Positions 20,265 through 31,031 of a stretch of 64,000 nt of DNA are shown here, in pieces. Under the pieces are notes generated by a model. That model saw nothing but the letters and a program-made list of their open reading frames with translations. It was not told the origin of the DNA and did not search any database. Position 1 is the first letter of the stretch, and the number at the start of each line of letters is the position of its first letter. The stretch comes from an uncultured delta proteobacterium. GTDB lineage: Bacteria; Desulfobacterota; Desulfomonilia; UBA1062. The position numbers and the translations under genes were made by a program. The stretch spans positions 224,001-288,000 of the forward strand of contig CAWAUM010000003.1 in NCBI GenBank assembly GCA_963785235.1, given 5' to 3'.

Positions 20265-21404
20265 TCAACCATTGGCCCTCAACAGAGCCATGGGCGGATC
20301 GCATACTATACAGTTCTTGCCGGAGTTCTTTGCCTTGTAAAGGGCATCATCAGCCCTTCTCAGGAGCGTATCGATGTCCTCAAGAGGTTGATACCGGGTG
20401 ATCCCCATGGAAATGGTCATACGGAAATCCTCCGGCAGATCGGGATAAGTAGTCTCCGAAACCAGCTTTTTGATCCTGTTGGCAGAGATCAGCCCATCCT
20501 TCATGTTCGGGTAGGAAAGGATGAGGACAAATTCCTCACCGCCGTAACGGGCAAAGTAATCTTCCTTGCGGATATTATCCTTGATCCTCTTGCTGAGCAC
20601 CCTCAGCACCATGTCTCCGGCGAGGTGGCTATGGGTGTCGTTTACCTTTTTAAAGTCGTCGAGATCAAAGATGCACAGGCAGAACATCAATTCCCCGCGA
20701 TCGGCAAGGCTTTTTTCCCGCAACAGGATGTGGAACAGATGGCCCCTGTTATATATCCCTGTCAGGTCATCGAGGATCGCCTGCTGCTTAATGACCTCAT
20801 TGGCGTTATTGAGCGCATCGTTGGTGCTGCAGAGCTCCCTGTTCGCCTTGCTCAGTTTCTTTCTCAGCCCGTTGATATAGCTCCCGATAAAGGAAAACCA
20901 TATGAGCACTGCGAATAGCGTACCGGCATAAAGCAGCTCCACCCGTAAATTGATACTCCCGGGTTCGTTGATGAGCAGAAGCGTAATAACAGAGCCATAT
21001 CCCGCCAGTGCAATAACAGAGAGCATGAAAAATTGGCGGAAGTTTAACTTGAAGGTGCCGAAGGTAAAGACCACCATATAGAGGAGAAGCATGATTCCCC
21101 GGCCCTCATCCAGGCTGTATACCATAACCATGATCCATATCGTTGCAAGAACCATTTGAGTCATGGTGAGGCTGGGGTCCTTGAATCGTTTATTCAATCC
21201 CGAGCGGATTATGATGAAGATGAAGAGGTTGGATGTTATAGTGAGGGTATAAGTCAAGTAGAGCGGCCATGGCATTCTCGCAAACAGCCCGTCATAGTAG
21301 CAGTACAGGGCGATAAGCATCCATATGATGTACGTGCAGAAGGCCATGAGGAATCTTTTGATCCTCAAGGTTTGTTTAGGGTCATCCTTGGGAAAGATGT
21401 GCAC
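20265..21404 (-). CDS. Membrane-bound diguanylate cyclase (GGDEF)
   Basis: About six TM helices, DDLTGIYNR, DLDDFKKVND, RKED I-site, YGGEEF, ADDALYKAKNSGKN. Confidence 0.92.
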   Translation of the reverse strand: MHIFPKDDPKQTLRIKRFLMAFCTYIIWMLIALYCYYDGLFARMPWPLYLTYTLTITSNLFIFIIIRSGLNKRFKDPSLTMTQMVLATIWIMVMVYSLDEGRGIMLLLYMVVFTFGTFKLNFRQFFMLSVIALAGYGSVITLLLINEPGSINLRVELLYAGTLFAVLIWFSFIGSYINGLRKKLSKANRELCSTNDALNNANEVIKQQAILDDLTGIYNRGHLFHILLREKSLADRGELMFCLCIFDLDDFKKVNDTHSHLAGDMVLRVLSKRIKDNIRKEDYFARYGGEEFVLILSYPNMKDGLISANRIKKLVSETTYPDLPEDFRMTISMGITRYQPLEDIDTLLRRADDALYKAKNSGKNCIVCDPPMALLRANG

Positions 21405-21645
21405 TATTTCTATCCACCTCTTCAGCCCTGATGTGTCATATATATTTTCGTCATTATGATCTTATACCTTTAAATTGATTTTTGGTTTTTATGAACACTG
21501 TGGAAAGAATGGAAGAAAAGATACATACCCTCAAATATTGTTCATTGGTATTGTTTAAGTAATGATGAAAATGTGTTAATGGGGATCACGTACTTTTGAT
21601 ATGTAATCGTCAACCATGACAATTCATGCTAAGAGGAGGATAGGC

Positions 21646-22560
21646 ATAGAAAAAGGGTATACCTCTTTTCACCTGTTTTTTTCTTCTTGTTATTTTTTCC
21701 ATCCCCTGCCCCGCTCAGGACAAATCATATCGAATAGAAGTTTTACAAGTCACTGGTATCGAACCCTTTCAGTCTGACTACAAAGGATTCATTCAGGAGC
21801 TGCAGAAGAACGGCATCATCCAGGGCAAGAATCTTCAAATCAGGAGAACTATCATAGATTTCGATGTGGATAAGGCCGGCCTGTGGAAAAAAATCGGCGT
21901 CCTCATGAGGATCACAAGCGAGACACAGAAGATCGTTGACAGTAAGCCCGACCTTGTTCTCACCATCGGGACACCTGCCACCAGAGTATGCAAAAGACAA
22001 GATCATAGCTGCCGGCATCCCGGTGGTATTCACAGGGGTTGCTATACCCAGCTGCTGCAGGCTGCAAGTCACAGACAGAGTCAGGTAAGGGATTTACGGG
22101 TGCAACCCTCTACATGGACATGAATAGTGTTGTCAAGATCATCAGATTAGCTTTCCCCAAAATCAAGACACTGGGTGTTATCCACAGCGAAGATGAGAAT
22201 GCCGTGGAACAGGTTGCCCAGCTGAAGAAGAGCACACCGTCCGCTAGGCTTAAAAGTCATTTCCCGGCAGATCGATAAGAATGCCCATATCACTCCGGTG
22301 GCAGAGGAGGTAATGAATCAGGGCATTGAAGGCACCATCATCCCGCTGGACACCTACTATGGCATGAGGAACTATAAGGCCACTAACGAACTCCGCGAGC
22401 TGAACAATAAATGGAAAAAGCCCGGCATCTGTCTTGTGTACTGGAAGTCGCCCGGCGCCAATACTCTACATAGGTGACGATTTCAGCTCATATCGGCTCG
22501 CTCTGCAGCTCTAAAACGAAGGAGTTATTGTTGTTGGAGGTGAAGGATATCTTGTCGTCC
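21646..22560 (+). CDS. ABC transporter substrate-binding protein (ABC_sub_bind-like), heavily frameshifted; may be a pseudogene
   Basis: Fragments KPDLVLTIGTPAT, IPVVFTG, FTGATLYMD and KTLGVIHS.DENA in different frames. RBS GAGGAGG near 21632 but no clean ATG. Boundaries are approximate. Confidence 0.55.
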
Positions 22561-22615
22561 CGGCAGGGAACGTCCTGACTGCCTGGCATATTATAGGACC
22601 TTAAATGCCGGGGGC

Positions 22616-24724
22616 TCAGTCACCCCTGATAAAACTGCTGACAACACCTTTCAGATATTGGGCAGGGTTGATCCGGGCCATGTTCTTTATGGTATCGATG
22701 TTTTCGTTGAGATAATGGGTATCCAGCACCCATATCACATGGCGTTTCTTATACGGGATACCTGCCCTGTCCATGTACTCGCACGGGAAGACCTGTACCG
22801 TGATGGTCTTCATGTCGTAATCCTTGCCGCACTCACAGATGGCTGCATTGAGCACATACCAGGGGACTGTGCTGTTCTGAGGCACAATAACCTTGATGCT
22901 GTTGATCAGATCGGAAAGATTAACGCCCCTGTCGGTCTGGTCGACGACAAAGTATGCCTGGGGATTGTTGTCATGGAACAAGGCATACGAGCTGCTCACC
23001 CTTTTGAGCCCGTATTTTTGATAAGTATCCCCGATGGATTCCCCTTGGCGTTTCTGTGAATCGAGACATAAGGCATCTACCAGGATGCCTTCGGAGAGCT
23101 GCCTGTATGCTGCACTGAGATTTTGGATGTCTTTGGGAGAGCTCTCTCTCACGGTCCAGCCTTTGGGCAGTTCAGGGATCGATTGGGGCAGGTCCATGTT
23201 CAGATATGCAAAGGTGTCCATGGAGAGGTGCGCCGGGTTGTTCACCGCCCGGTAGGCATTGCTGAAAAAATTATTGGGAAACCGGTTTTCAGGAGGGAAA
23301 TAGATGATCATATAATCCATGCCCGCCGATGGCATCCGGGTGATGCTGTCGAGATAGTTGAGTATCTGTTTCATGACATAGTGCCCGGTGATTTTCACAC
23401 CGATATCCTTGGTGGCAAGGTGGTTCACCAGCCACGACCTTTCATATGCCTTGATCAGGGAAACGTGGCCATAGATCACGCCGTTGCGCTCATACGTCAG
23501 ATTCGCGAATATATCAGGACAGTGATGGTACAGTTTTTTATAGGTCTCTTTAAAATCGTCTTTATGCTGGGCTATGCCGGTGTATTTCTCAGGGTATATG
23601 AACCCGGACTCGAAAAAGAAGTTCCACAAGGATGCCATGTCCATGTCATACGATACCCGGGCATAAGGATCGTCGGCCCTTGATAAAACGTTGAACAGCT
23701 GATTGTAGGAAGCGACATCGATATCGGTGATCAGAAAACCGTACTGGATAGTGTTCTTTTTCTTTTTTTCCCCATAGACGACCTTGACCGGGCACTTCAG
23801 ATTGAGGCCTCCTGCAAAATCTATGAAGGCCTCATCGATGATCATACCCGGCATGAGGAGCGATGAGTCCGATTCAACCATCACGGAGAAGCCCGAAGAG
23901 TTGATGTCTACTATGTCATAGGATACCCTCGTCCCTGTCAGAGGGTGCGTGAACTTTACTTCAGGGCTTGGAACGAGATTCAGACGCGGATTACGGTTTT
24001 TCCGCCCGCCGTTTCTTTTCAGGGGTATGTTCAAGGGTTCGAGGATAATGGTTTTTCCCTGGTTCTCGGTACGGATGAGTTTGGACATACCCGAAAATAT
24101 CAGCCTGCCACCACGCATGAGATCTACTTTAATGGGCTTGCCCATGTCCTGGGATCCGGAAGTTGTCCATGGGAGGCCTTTCAATTCGATGCGCAGCCCT
24201 GCAGGATTGAACTCGTAAAGGGCCCCGGCATATTCGATGTCATCATGACATACCCGAGCAAGCACGTTCCGGCACAGGTGCCTACCGGCATGACGGGCCT
24301 GATATATGACGCCTGTCTTCCCAAGCTTGGCAGCCAACAGCCGGGATGTGATGAGAACAGGGTCGGCATGCATCATGATCACTGACTTTCCGTTGTCAAC
24401 CAGGAGACCCTTGAAGATGAAGTCCTCGAAGTCATGGATGGATCCTTCCGGCAGCGAGAAAGTTACCTCGCTTCCGGTGCACGGCCCCGGGATCACCTTG
24501 AAGAGATACTCTTCCTTGGTGTGAGGGAAGATCATGTGTGCAAAGATCTGATCGTCAACAAAGTTCCTGAAATTCATTGCATTCACGAATTGTTTCTGAT
24601 CGATGCCGGATGAAAAAAATGGAGACCGCTTCAGGTCGGATCGCCTGAAAGGGATAAGGTAAGGGTTGTCCAGTAATGAATCTTCCCGGAGTTCTTTCCT
24701 GCCATGAACATCACTGCCCATCAT
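22616..24724 (-). CDS. PilZ-domain-containing multidomain protein
   Basis: RKNRNPR...DINSSGFSV (RxxxR / DxSxxG-like), preceded by a degenerate repeat (RHAGR...EFNPAGLRI). The C-terminal ~330 aa are of unknown, possibly GNAT-like, fold. Confidence 0.7.
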   Translation of the reverse strand: MMGSDVHGRKELREDSLLDNPYLIPFRRSDLKRSPFFSSGIDQKQFVNAMNFRNFVDDQIFAHMIFPHTKEEYLFKVIPGPCTGSEVTFSLPEGSIHDFEDFIFKGLLVDNGKSVIMMHADPVLITSRLLAAKLGKTGVIYQARHAGRHLCRNVLARVCHDDIEYAGALYEFNPAGLRIELKGLPWTTSGSQDMGKPIKVDLMRGGRLIFSGMSKLIRTENQGKTIILEPLNIPLKRNGGRKNRNPRLNLVPSPEVKFTHPLTGTRVSYDIVDINSSGFSVMVESDSSLLMPGMIIDEAFIDFAGGLNLKCPVKVVYGEKKKKNTIQYGFLITDIDVASYNQLFNVLSRADDPYARVSYDMDMASLWNFFFESGFIYPEKYTGIAQHKDDFKETYKKLYHHCPDIFANLTYERNGVIYGHVSLIKAYERSWLVNHLATKDIGVKITGHYVMKQILNYLDSITRMPSAGMDYMIIYFPPENRFPNNFFSNAYRAVNNPAHLSMDTFAYLNMDLPQSIPELPKGWTVRESSPKDIQNLSAAYRQLSEGILVDALCLDSQKRQGESIGDTYQKYGLKRVSSSYALFHDNNPQAYFVVDQTDRGVNLSDLINSIKVIVPQNSTVPWYVLNAAICECGKDYDMKTITVQVFPCEYMDRAGIPYKKRHVIWVLDTHYLNENIDTIKNMARINPAQYLKGVVSSFIRGD

Positions 24725-24918
24725 ATGCCCCCCCTTCGTGAATGATATGGTATCTAAATTATGCTACCCCCTGATGCTGATAGTAAAGTGGTTACTTATT
24801 TGATCATACATGGATTCTCTTTCAACACAAGTGCATTTTTGTTGCGATACAAAGGGGACAAAAAGGGGCAGATTAATTCTGATAATGAGGCCCTGTCTCG
24901 ATTTCTCCCCATGCGCCC

Positions 24919-26765
24919 CTAACCCAGCAGCGAATCCCGGCCGTTGTTGATGAAGCAGGCCTTCATGGCCTGGTACTTATCGGGCGTCAGCAGATGATAG
25001 GTGGTGTCGCCCTTGGCACGGTAATAGATCTGCATCATGGGGTTGTTCTCAATATTGTAATGCTCACGTTTATAGGGACGCACCACGATCTTGTGGGTAT
25101 CGGTCACGGGGAAGCTGTCGATTATGCGGATAAAGTCAGGCATCCATTTCGGGTCCATGCCGCCCTCTTTCTGCTGCCGGATCAACCAGGCATAGACTGC
25201 ATCAGGGCTGAATTCCTCACCCTTCCTGAGCTGGATTGTGACCATGACCTTCTCATCCGAGACATCACAGGGTGCACCATAGGCGATGGCGCAATCCACG
25301 CCGGGCATCTCCTGGGCATACTGCAGGACATTCTCGGCCGAGAAGTTCTCGCCGTCCTTGCGGATCCAGTCGTCGGTGCGGCCGTTGAAATACAGGTAGC
25401 GCTTGCCATCCACGGCCCGGATATGGCCGATATCGCCGGAATGGTAGATGCCGCCGCGGAATTTCTGGCGTGGTGGCCTGGGCGTTGCCGAAGTAGCCCT
25501 CGAACCTGAGGTTGTCGTCCCCACCTTGCGGCATATCTCGCCCACGGCCTGGTCATAGTTGGTGAGCCTGCCGTTTGCATCCACGATCCCCGGGAGGCAT
25601 TCCTTACCCTGTTCATCCAGGATCAGGATGGATTTATCCGCCTGCCCCACGGATTCGATGGGGTCGCCGGGACGGTTGGCCGTGGTGATGACCGCCTCGG
25701 TCGATCCATAGATCTCATAGATGTGCTCCATGCCGAGGTAGCGCATAAGTTTTTTCCGGTCCACACCGAGGCGCCGTTTCCGTACGCGATCCGGAACCTG
25801 TTCTTAGGATGCGTGGCCAGGGCCTTCTCCACCGCATCGCCGCCGCCGTATTTGTTTTCCAGTGCATCCAGTATGTAGTGCAGCGGCTGGCCGACATAAT
25901 TCAGGAAGGTCACGCCATGGTCCAGCAGGTCTTCCTCAAAGGCGCTGGCGCTGAAACGGCGCTTGAGCACGAAGCTCCCGCCCGCGACCATCTGCGGCAG
26001 GATGCCGACATACCAGGCGTTCGAGTGGAAGAGCGGCATGGAAATGTAGCCGCGGTCCTTCTTCGTGAGCTTGGTGGCGTTCCGTACGACAAAGCCCGCA
26101 CCCACGAGCTTGATATGCGTGCACGGCACCCCTTTGGGCATACCGGTCGTGCCGGAGGTGTAGATGACGATCACCGGGCTGAAATTGTCAATGGGCACCC
26201 GGTAGCTCCGCGGGACGTCGGGCTCGGCATTGGCTACTGCCTGTTCCAGGTCCCCATAGCCCTTGCCTGCTGTCTCGCTCTGGCCGCCCACATACAGGAT
26301 ATCCTCGGGCCCGAGCACTGACACCTCGCCCATGACGCGCTCCACCTCTGCAGCCGTGCTGGCATTCATGATCAGGCGCGTTATGTTCGCCTGGTTGATG
26401 ACCTTTGCCAGGGTCTCGCCGCGGAAACCGGTGTTGATGGCGAAGAGGACCGAGTTGCTGAGTCCGGCCCCCAGGGCTGCAAAAATAAATTCCGGGGTGT
26501 TTTCCATGTAAATGCCCAGAGCAAGGCGCTCGTTAGGGCCTAACTTGCCACTTTCAAGGAGTTTTTTGCGCTCGGCAAGAAAGAAATTGGCATATCGCCC
26601 GGCTTGCCAATAGACCTCGCGGTAGGTGTATTCCCTGCCTTCAAAAATAAAGAAAGTCCTATTGCGCCGGGGCCACAGCCACCACATGGTCAGCCGGATC
26701 ATGGTGGAGAAATTTACAAACCAGAGAAAGGTGCGGATGATTGATTTCAAAGATATGCTCTTCAT
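24919..26765 (-). CDS. Acyl-CoA synthetase (AMP-forming, FATP/CaiC-like), frameshifted
   Basis: YTSGTTGMPKG, PLFHSNA, RRFSAS.F, YGNG, YGSTE, SGDIG, GRTDDWIRKDGEN. ORFs 25623-26780 and 24919-25764 join near 25765. AGGAG precedes ATG 26765. Confidence 0.88.
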
Positions 26766-27364
26766 ACAAAAACTCCTCATGGATGTGCGGCGAGAGCGCC
26801 GGGTCGCCCATTGCTACCTTGGCATAGGAGGAACTAAAAGGACATTCGCTGCCTATTGAGGCGTCTCAGCTGCACTTCGAAAGTTGTAGTGCATATTCTA
26901 CCATATAATGAGCAATCGGGCATACGGCAAAACGGGAGGCATCAGCAGTAGATAAATAGGCAATCCATGCTACGGTGATGATATATGAAAAGAAGACCCT
27001 GGCAGACTTCCTGCCAGTGCCTCTTTACTCAACTTGTTATGAGGATTGGAGAGATCTTATGAGAACACTCAAGGCATTGAATGCATTGCGCACGTAGTCG
27101 TGCAGGTTAGAACCTTGTATTGAACCCGATCCTCACGATGGATGCCTGAAATTCGCTGTTGCCGATATCCGTATCGTTGAAGTCAGCGTTGCCCCTTGAA
27201 ATATCAAGCTTATACCACCCCACCCAGACTGATCTTCGCATATGGGGACAAGGGGAAAGGCTATATCCATGACAACCAGCCCATAGAAGCCATCTTCCAG
27301 GTGGGTCAAGAATGTTTTATCGCTGCGCTCGAAATGACTTGTGACGTAATTCTGCAAGCAGGGA

Positions 27365-28947
27365 CTAGGATGCCCTGTTCAGCCTGCGATACATGGACCT
27401 GTTATTCCGGTATATCTCAACAAATTCGGTGAAGAGCTCGTCATAAATTGAGCGGTTCGCAGGGTCCGGCATAAAGGTGTTTCCGTATTCCATAAGGCCA
27501 GGGATGTCATCAACGGTGATCTCGCCTAGACCTACCGACGCGATAAAGGCGGCCCCCCTGGCATTTGCCTGCATGGGGTCCTTTGCCTGACGGATGGTCC
27601 GGTTCAGCACGTCGGCAAAGATCCGGCACCACAAGGCCGACTGTGCACCGCCTCCGACAATGGTGATGGGGTCCAGCTTCCTTCCGACAAAGCGCTCCAC
27701 GTACCTGAGGCTCCAGCGGGTATTGTAGGCCACGCCCTCGAAGAAGGCCCGGACTATGTGGTCGAAGGTCGTGGTCTTGGACAGGTTATGGATGCCGCAG
27801 CGCACAGTAGTATCGTCCACCGGGGTCCGTTCGCCGTTGAGCCATGGGGTAACGATGAGCCTGTCACTTCCTGCGGAAACCCGGGAAGCCACTTCGTTCA
27901 GGATGTCATAGGAAACTTCATGACCCTTGCCCGGCTCCGAAACCTCGTGGCAGCGTGCCATCAAACCTGAGAGGAACTCCAGCGCCCCGCCTGCCATGTC
28001 CTGCTCGTTCACGCTCTGGTACTTGCCTGGGATTGCCGTGGGGAACGAGGCAATGGAATGGAACACATCGGTCTTCTTGAACGGCACGATGCACTGGACC
28101 CACGACGAGGTTCCCACATACAGATGGCCTTCATAATCCCTTACCGCACCGGAGCCGACGCATGCACACTGGTGATCGGGTGATCCCGCAACCACCTTCA
28201 CTCCTGGCGGCAAGCCGATCCGGCGTGCCACATCGGGCTTGAGCGTGCCCAGAACATCGATGGAGCGGATAAGGGTCGGCAGCTTTGCCCTGTCAATACC
28301 GGCAAGCCGGATCAGTTCGTCATCGTAGGTGATGTTGTTTACGTCCCTTATGTCCGTGAGCCAGAAGAGCTGCATGGAATCAAATGAGGCGGCCACCTCG
28401 CCCGTAAGACGCAGGTTCAGGTAGTCCTTGCTCGGCAGGAACACGGAGGTCTTTTCATAGACCTCGGGAAACTCGTTCTTTATGAGAAGCACATGGGCGA
28501 TGTCGTCCTTGCCGGAGAGTGTCGGGGCCCCGGCTGTCTTGGGCAGCCATCTGAGCACCTTGGACACACCGTAGCCCATGATGCTGGGGAACCCCTTCAT
28601 GAGCCTTTTCACATACGGCGCTCCACGCGAGTCCATCCAGGTGAGCGAGTTCATGAGGTGGTTGCCCTGAGAGTCCACGGCCACCGTGCTGGAAAAGGTG
28701 CTGGACACGCATACCGCTATGATATCTTCGGGTGCTGCAACACCGCCTAGCCACCAGGCGCCCGGATACGGCGAGCAGGGCGTCCCACCAGTGCGCCAGG
28801 GTCCTGCTCGGCGCCGCCTTCGGGCAAAAAATAGATTGGGGTCTTCTCAAAATCCGAGGCAAGGATTTGTCCATGGGTGGAGACAATGGATGCCTTGACC
28901 CCGGAGGTTCCGTGATCAATGGCCAGGATGAATCGCTTTTCGCCCAT
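27365..28947 (-). CDS. FGGY-family carbohydrate kinase (xylulokinase-like), frameshifted near 28710-28790
   Basis: ILAIDHGTSGVK, EQDP, WMDSRG, KDYLNLRLTG, GTSSW, PWLNGERTP, EGVA, GGGAQS. Confidence 0.88.
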
Positions 28948-28983
28948 GGCAGGTCCTTTTCAGATCAGTGAGCCTTGGCAGCT

Positions 28984-30210
28984 TTAGATGTCCAGCTTGG
29001 TCACTACGCCCTTTTCGTCCACCATCTCCACGATCACCCCTCCGAATGCCTCGCCGCCTTCCTTTTTCGTATCCAGCTTCATCACCTTGGTAATGAGCCC
29101 GACAAAATCCATGGGGTCAAGGCATGCCTCGGGTGGCAGCACACCAGGGCCCTTAACCTTTCCTTTTGCCATGAGGATCACGCCCATGGCGGCAGGTATC
29201 CCGGTGCCCTCGCCCAGGGCCTGGGAACGTGAGGCCATGTGGAACCGGTATTCCCTTGCCTTCCCATCCTTTGTGCCCTTGGCGATGACCGAGCAGCACC
29301 CGCAGGGTTTTGTAAACCCTGTGGCTTGAAGGATTTCGTCGCGCTTCTTCAGTATGTATGACACGGCAAAGTCGTAGGGTGTCACAACCTGTCCCTTGAC
29401 CTCGATTGCGTCGGTGCTCGAAAGCCCCAGACCGCAGAGATCACGGGTGAGGTTGTAGTATTCGTTGGGCAGCACCGAGCCCTTGTTGGTGACCTGCTTC
29501 ACCTTCAGATACCTGGGCAGGGTCACCTGCTCGGGGTGCGGGTAGGGGTAGATGGGGATGCCGCTCCCCACTACCGGGAAGTCAAAGGTCTGCCGCAAGG
29601 CTATCCCATCGGGCTTGAAATATTTCACGTACCGCAACTGCCCATCAAGGTACATGGGTATGTCGATGTTCATACAGTGGAACCTGTGGCCGATGACGCC
29701 CTCTCCTTCTATTGCCTCGCCTCCATGGGTGTGGAAGATATCGATGGAATCGGTTTCGTCCAGCAGGGTATCGTGTGCAAGCTTTGCCAGAAGGTTGGTG
29801 GCACCGGGCGAACTGCCCATGCCGATGAGCGCGGTAACCCCTGCCTTCTTTGCCTGAGTGTCCATGGCAAGGATTTCAAGCGTCACATCCACATCGTCGC
29901 AGACGTCCACATAGTTGATGCCAGCTTCGATTACGGTCCTGATGATGGGCTTTACGGTTGAGTAGAAGGGCCCGATGCAGTTGAGTACAACATCCGTTCC
30001 AGCCAGGGCCTGTCGTATGGTTTCCGGTTCAAAGGCATTCACCTGTACGGCTGAGATCTTGGGCGATCCGATCCTGGATATGAGCCGGCGGGCCTTGTCC
30101 AGATCCAGATCACCGATAACTACCTGATCGAAAAGATCCTGTCCTGCAAGGGTTTCAACCGCAATGCTGCCTACTGCTCCGCAACCGCCGAGTACTGTAA
30201 CCTTTGACAT
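28984..30210 (-). CDS. Saccharopine dehydrogenase-like NAD(P)-dependent oxidoreductase
   Basis: VTVLGGCGAVG, VLNCIGPFY, NYVDVCDD, GMGSSPGATN, HPEQVTLP, GVLPPE. Confidence 0.88.
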   Translation of the reverse strand: MSKVTVLGGCGAVGSIAVETLAGQDLFDQVVIGDLDLDKARRLISRIGSPKISAVQVNAFEPETIRQALAGTDVVLNCIGPFYSTVKPIIRTVIEAGINYVDVCDDVDVTLEILAMDTQAKKAGVTALIGMGSSPGATNLLAKLAHDTLLDETDSIDIFHTHGGEAIEGEGVIGHRFHCMNIDIPMYLDGQLRYVKYFKPDGIALRQTFDFPVVGSGIPIYPYPHPEQVTLPRYLKVKQVTNKGSVLPNEYYNLTRDLCGLGLSSTDAIEVKGQVVTPYDFAVSYILKKRDEILQATGFTKPCGCCSVIAKGTKDGKAREYRFHMASRSQALGEGTGIPAAMGVILMAKGKVKGPGVLPPEACLDPMDFVGLITKVMKLDTKKEGGEAFGGVIVEMVDEKGVVTKLDI

Positions 30211-30229
30211 CATGCACCTCCCAGTAAAC

Positions 30230-30277
30230 TTGAACACTGTTAAATTTAACTATGTTCAATTGACGGGGGATTGTCAA
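30230..30277 (-). promoter_or_regulatory. Sigma70-type promoter overlapped by a 30-bp palindromic operator (probable TetR site)
   Basis: TTGAACACTGTTAAATTTAACTATGTTCAA (30230-30259) matches its own reverse complement at 26/30 positions. The minus strand reads TTGACA-17 nt-CATAGT. Confidence 0.7.
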
Positions 30278-30321
30278 GCCCCTTTTCGAAAAACCCTATG
30301 ATGGAAACCCCTGGAAAGAAG

Positions 30322-30954
30322 TTATGCCCTGTACTGTTCGATGAGCTCGTTGGTGATCCGCCTGTAGGTCTTATCCAGATCATGGGTTACATAACCCATG
30401 ATCTGACTGTTTGCCAGCGAGACCATTCCATGGAGCATGCTCCAGATCTTGACGATGCCATGGACAAGATCATCCGTGGCGATTTTTTGTGAATCCTTTT
30501 TGAGCCCTTTAAGGGCATCCATAGCTATCCGGACGATATCCATGGAAATCTTATACTCGATGGCCGAGATCTTCTCGTAGGGAGTTCCGATATAATCGTT
30601 GTGTTTTGGGGTAGGCCTGGTGAACATGATGTCGTAGTAGGCCTTGTTGGTGATGCCGAAATCAACATATGCATCAATGAGGGCATGAGCTCGCGTTGCC
30701 GGATCAGGGTTTGATAAACACGACCTCTCCAGTTCATCGTAGAGCATCTGGAAGCCTTTGATGACAATAGAGATGTAGATTTCTTCCTTGCTCTGGAAAA
30801 AATTGTAGAGGTTCGGAGCACTCATATGCAACCGGTTTCCAAGCCTGCGCATGGTCAACAAAGGAAACCCCTCCTCCACAATAATGGCAAGGGCTGCCTC
30901 GATAATCCGCTCGCGGATTCGTTCAATATCCGCTGAGCTCCTGGTCTTCTTCAT
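30322..30954 (-). CDS. TetR/AcrR-family transcriptional regulator
   Basis: RERIIEAALAIIVEEGFPLLTMRRLGNRLHMSAPNLYNFFQSKEEI; C-terminal WSMLHG (WHG-type). Confidence 0.92.
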   Translation of the reverse strand: MKKTRSSADIERIRERIIEAALAIIVEEGFPLLTMRRLGNRLHMSAPNLYNFFQSKEEIYISIVIKGFQMLYDELERSCLSNPDPATRAHALIDAYVDFGITNKAYYDIMFTRPTPKHNDYIGTPYEKISAIEYKISMDIVRIAMDALKGLKKDSQKIATDDLVHGIVKIWSMLHGMVSLANSQIMGYVTHDLDKTYRRITNELIEQYRA

Positions 30955-31031
30955 GTCAAACCCGCTTAACTGTATTTTAGGGAACAAGTCAAGTTAATCA
31001 GCAAGGTCATATATCATCTATTTTATTTCAA

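Noticed and set aside
26790-27360. Short ORFs or a structured RNA between the acyl-CoA synthetase and the FGGY kinase
   Set aside because: I found no RBS-supported ORF with recognisable motifs and no convincing stem-loop pattern.
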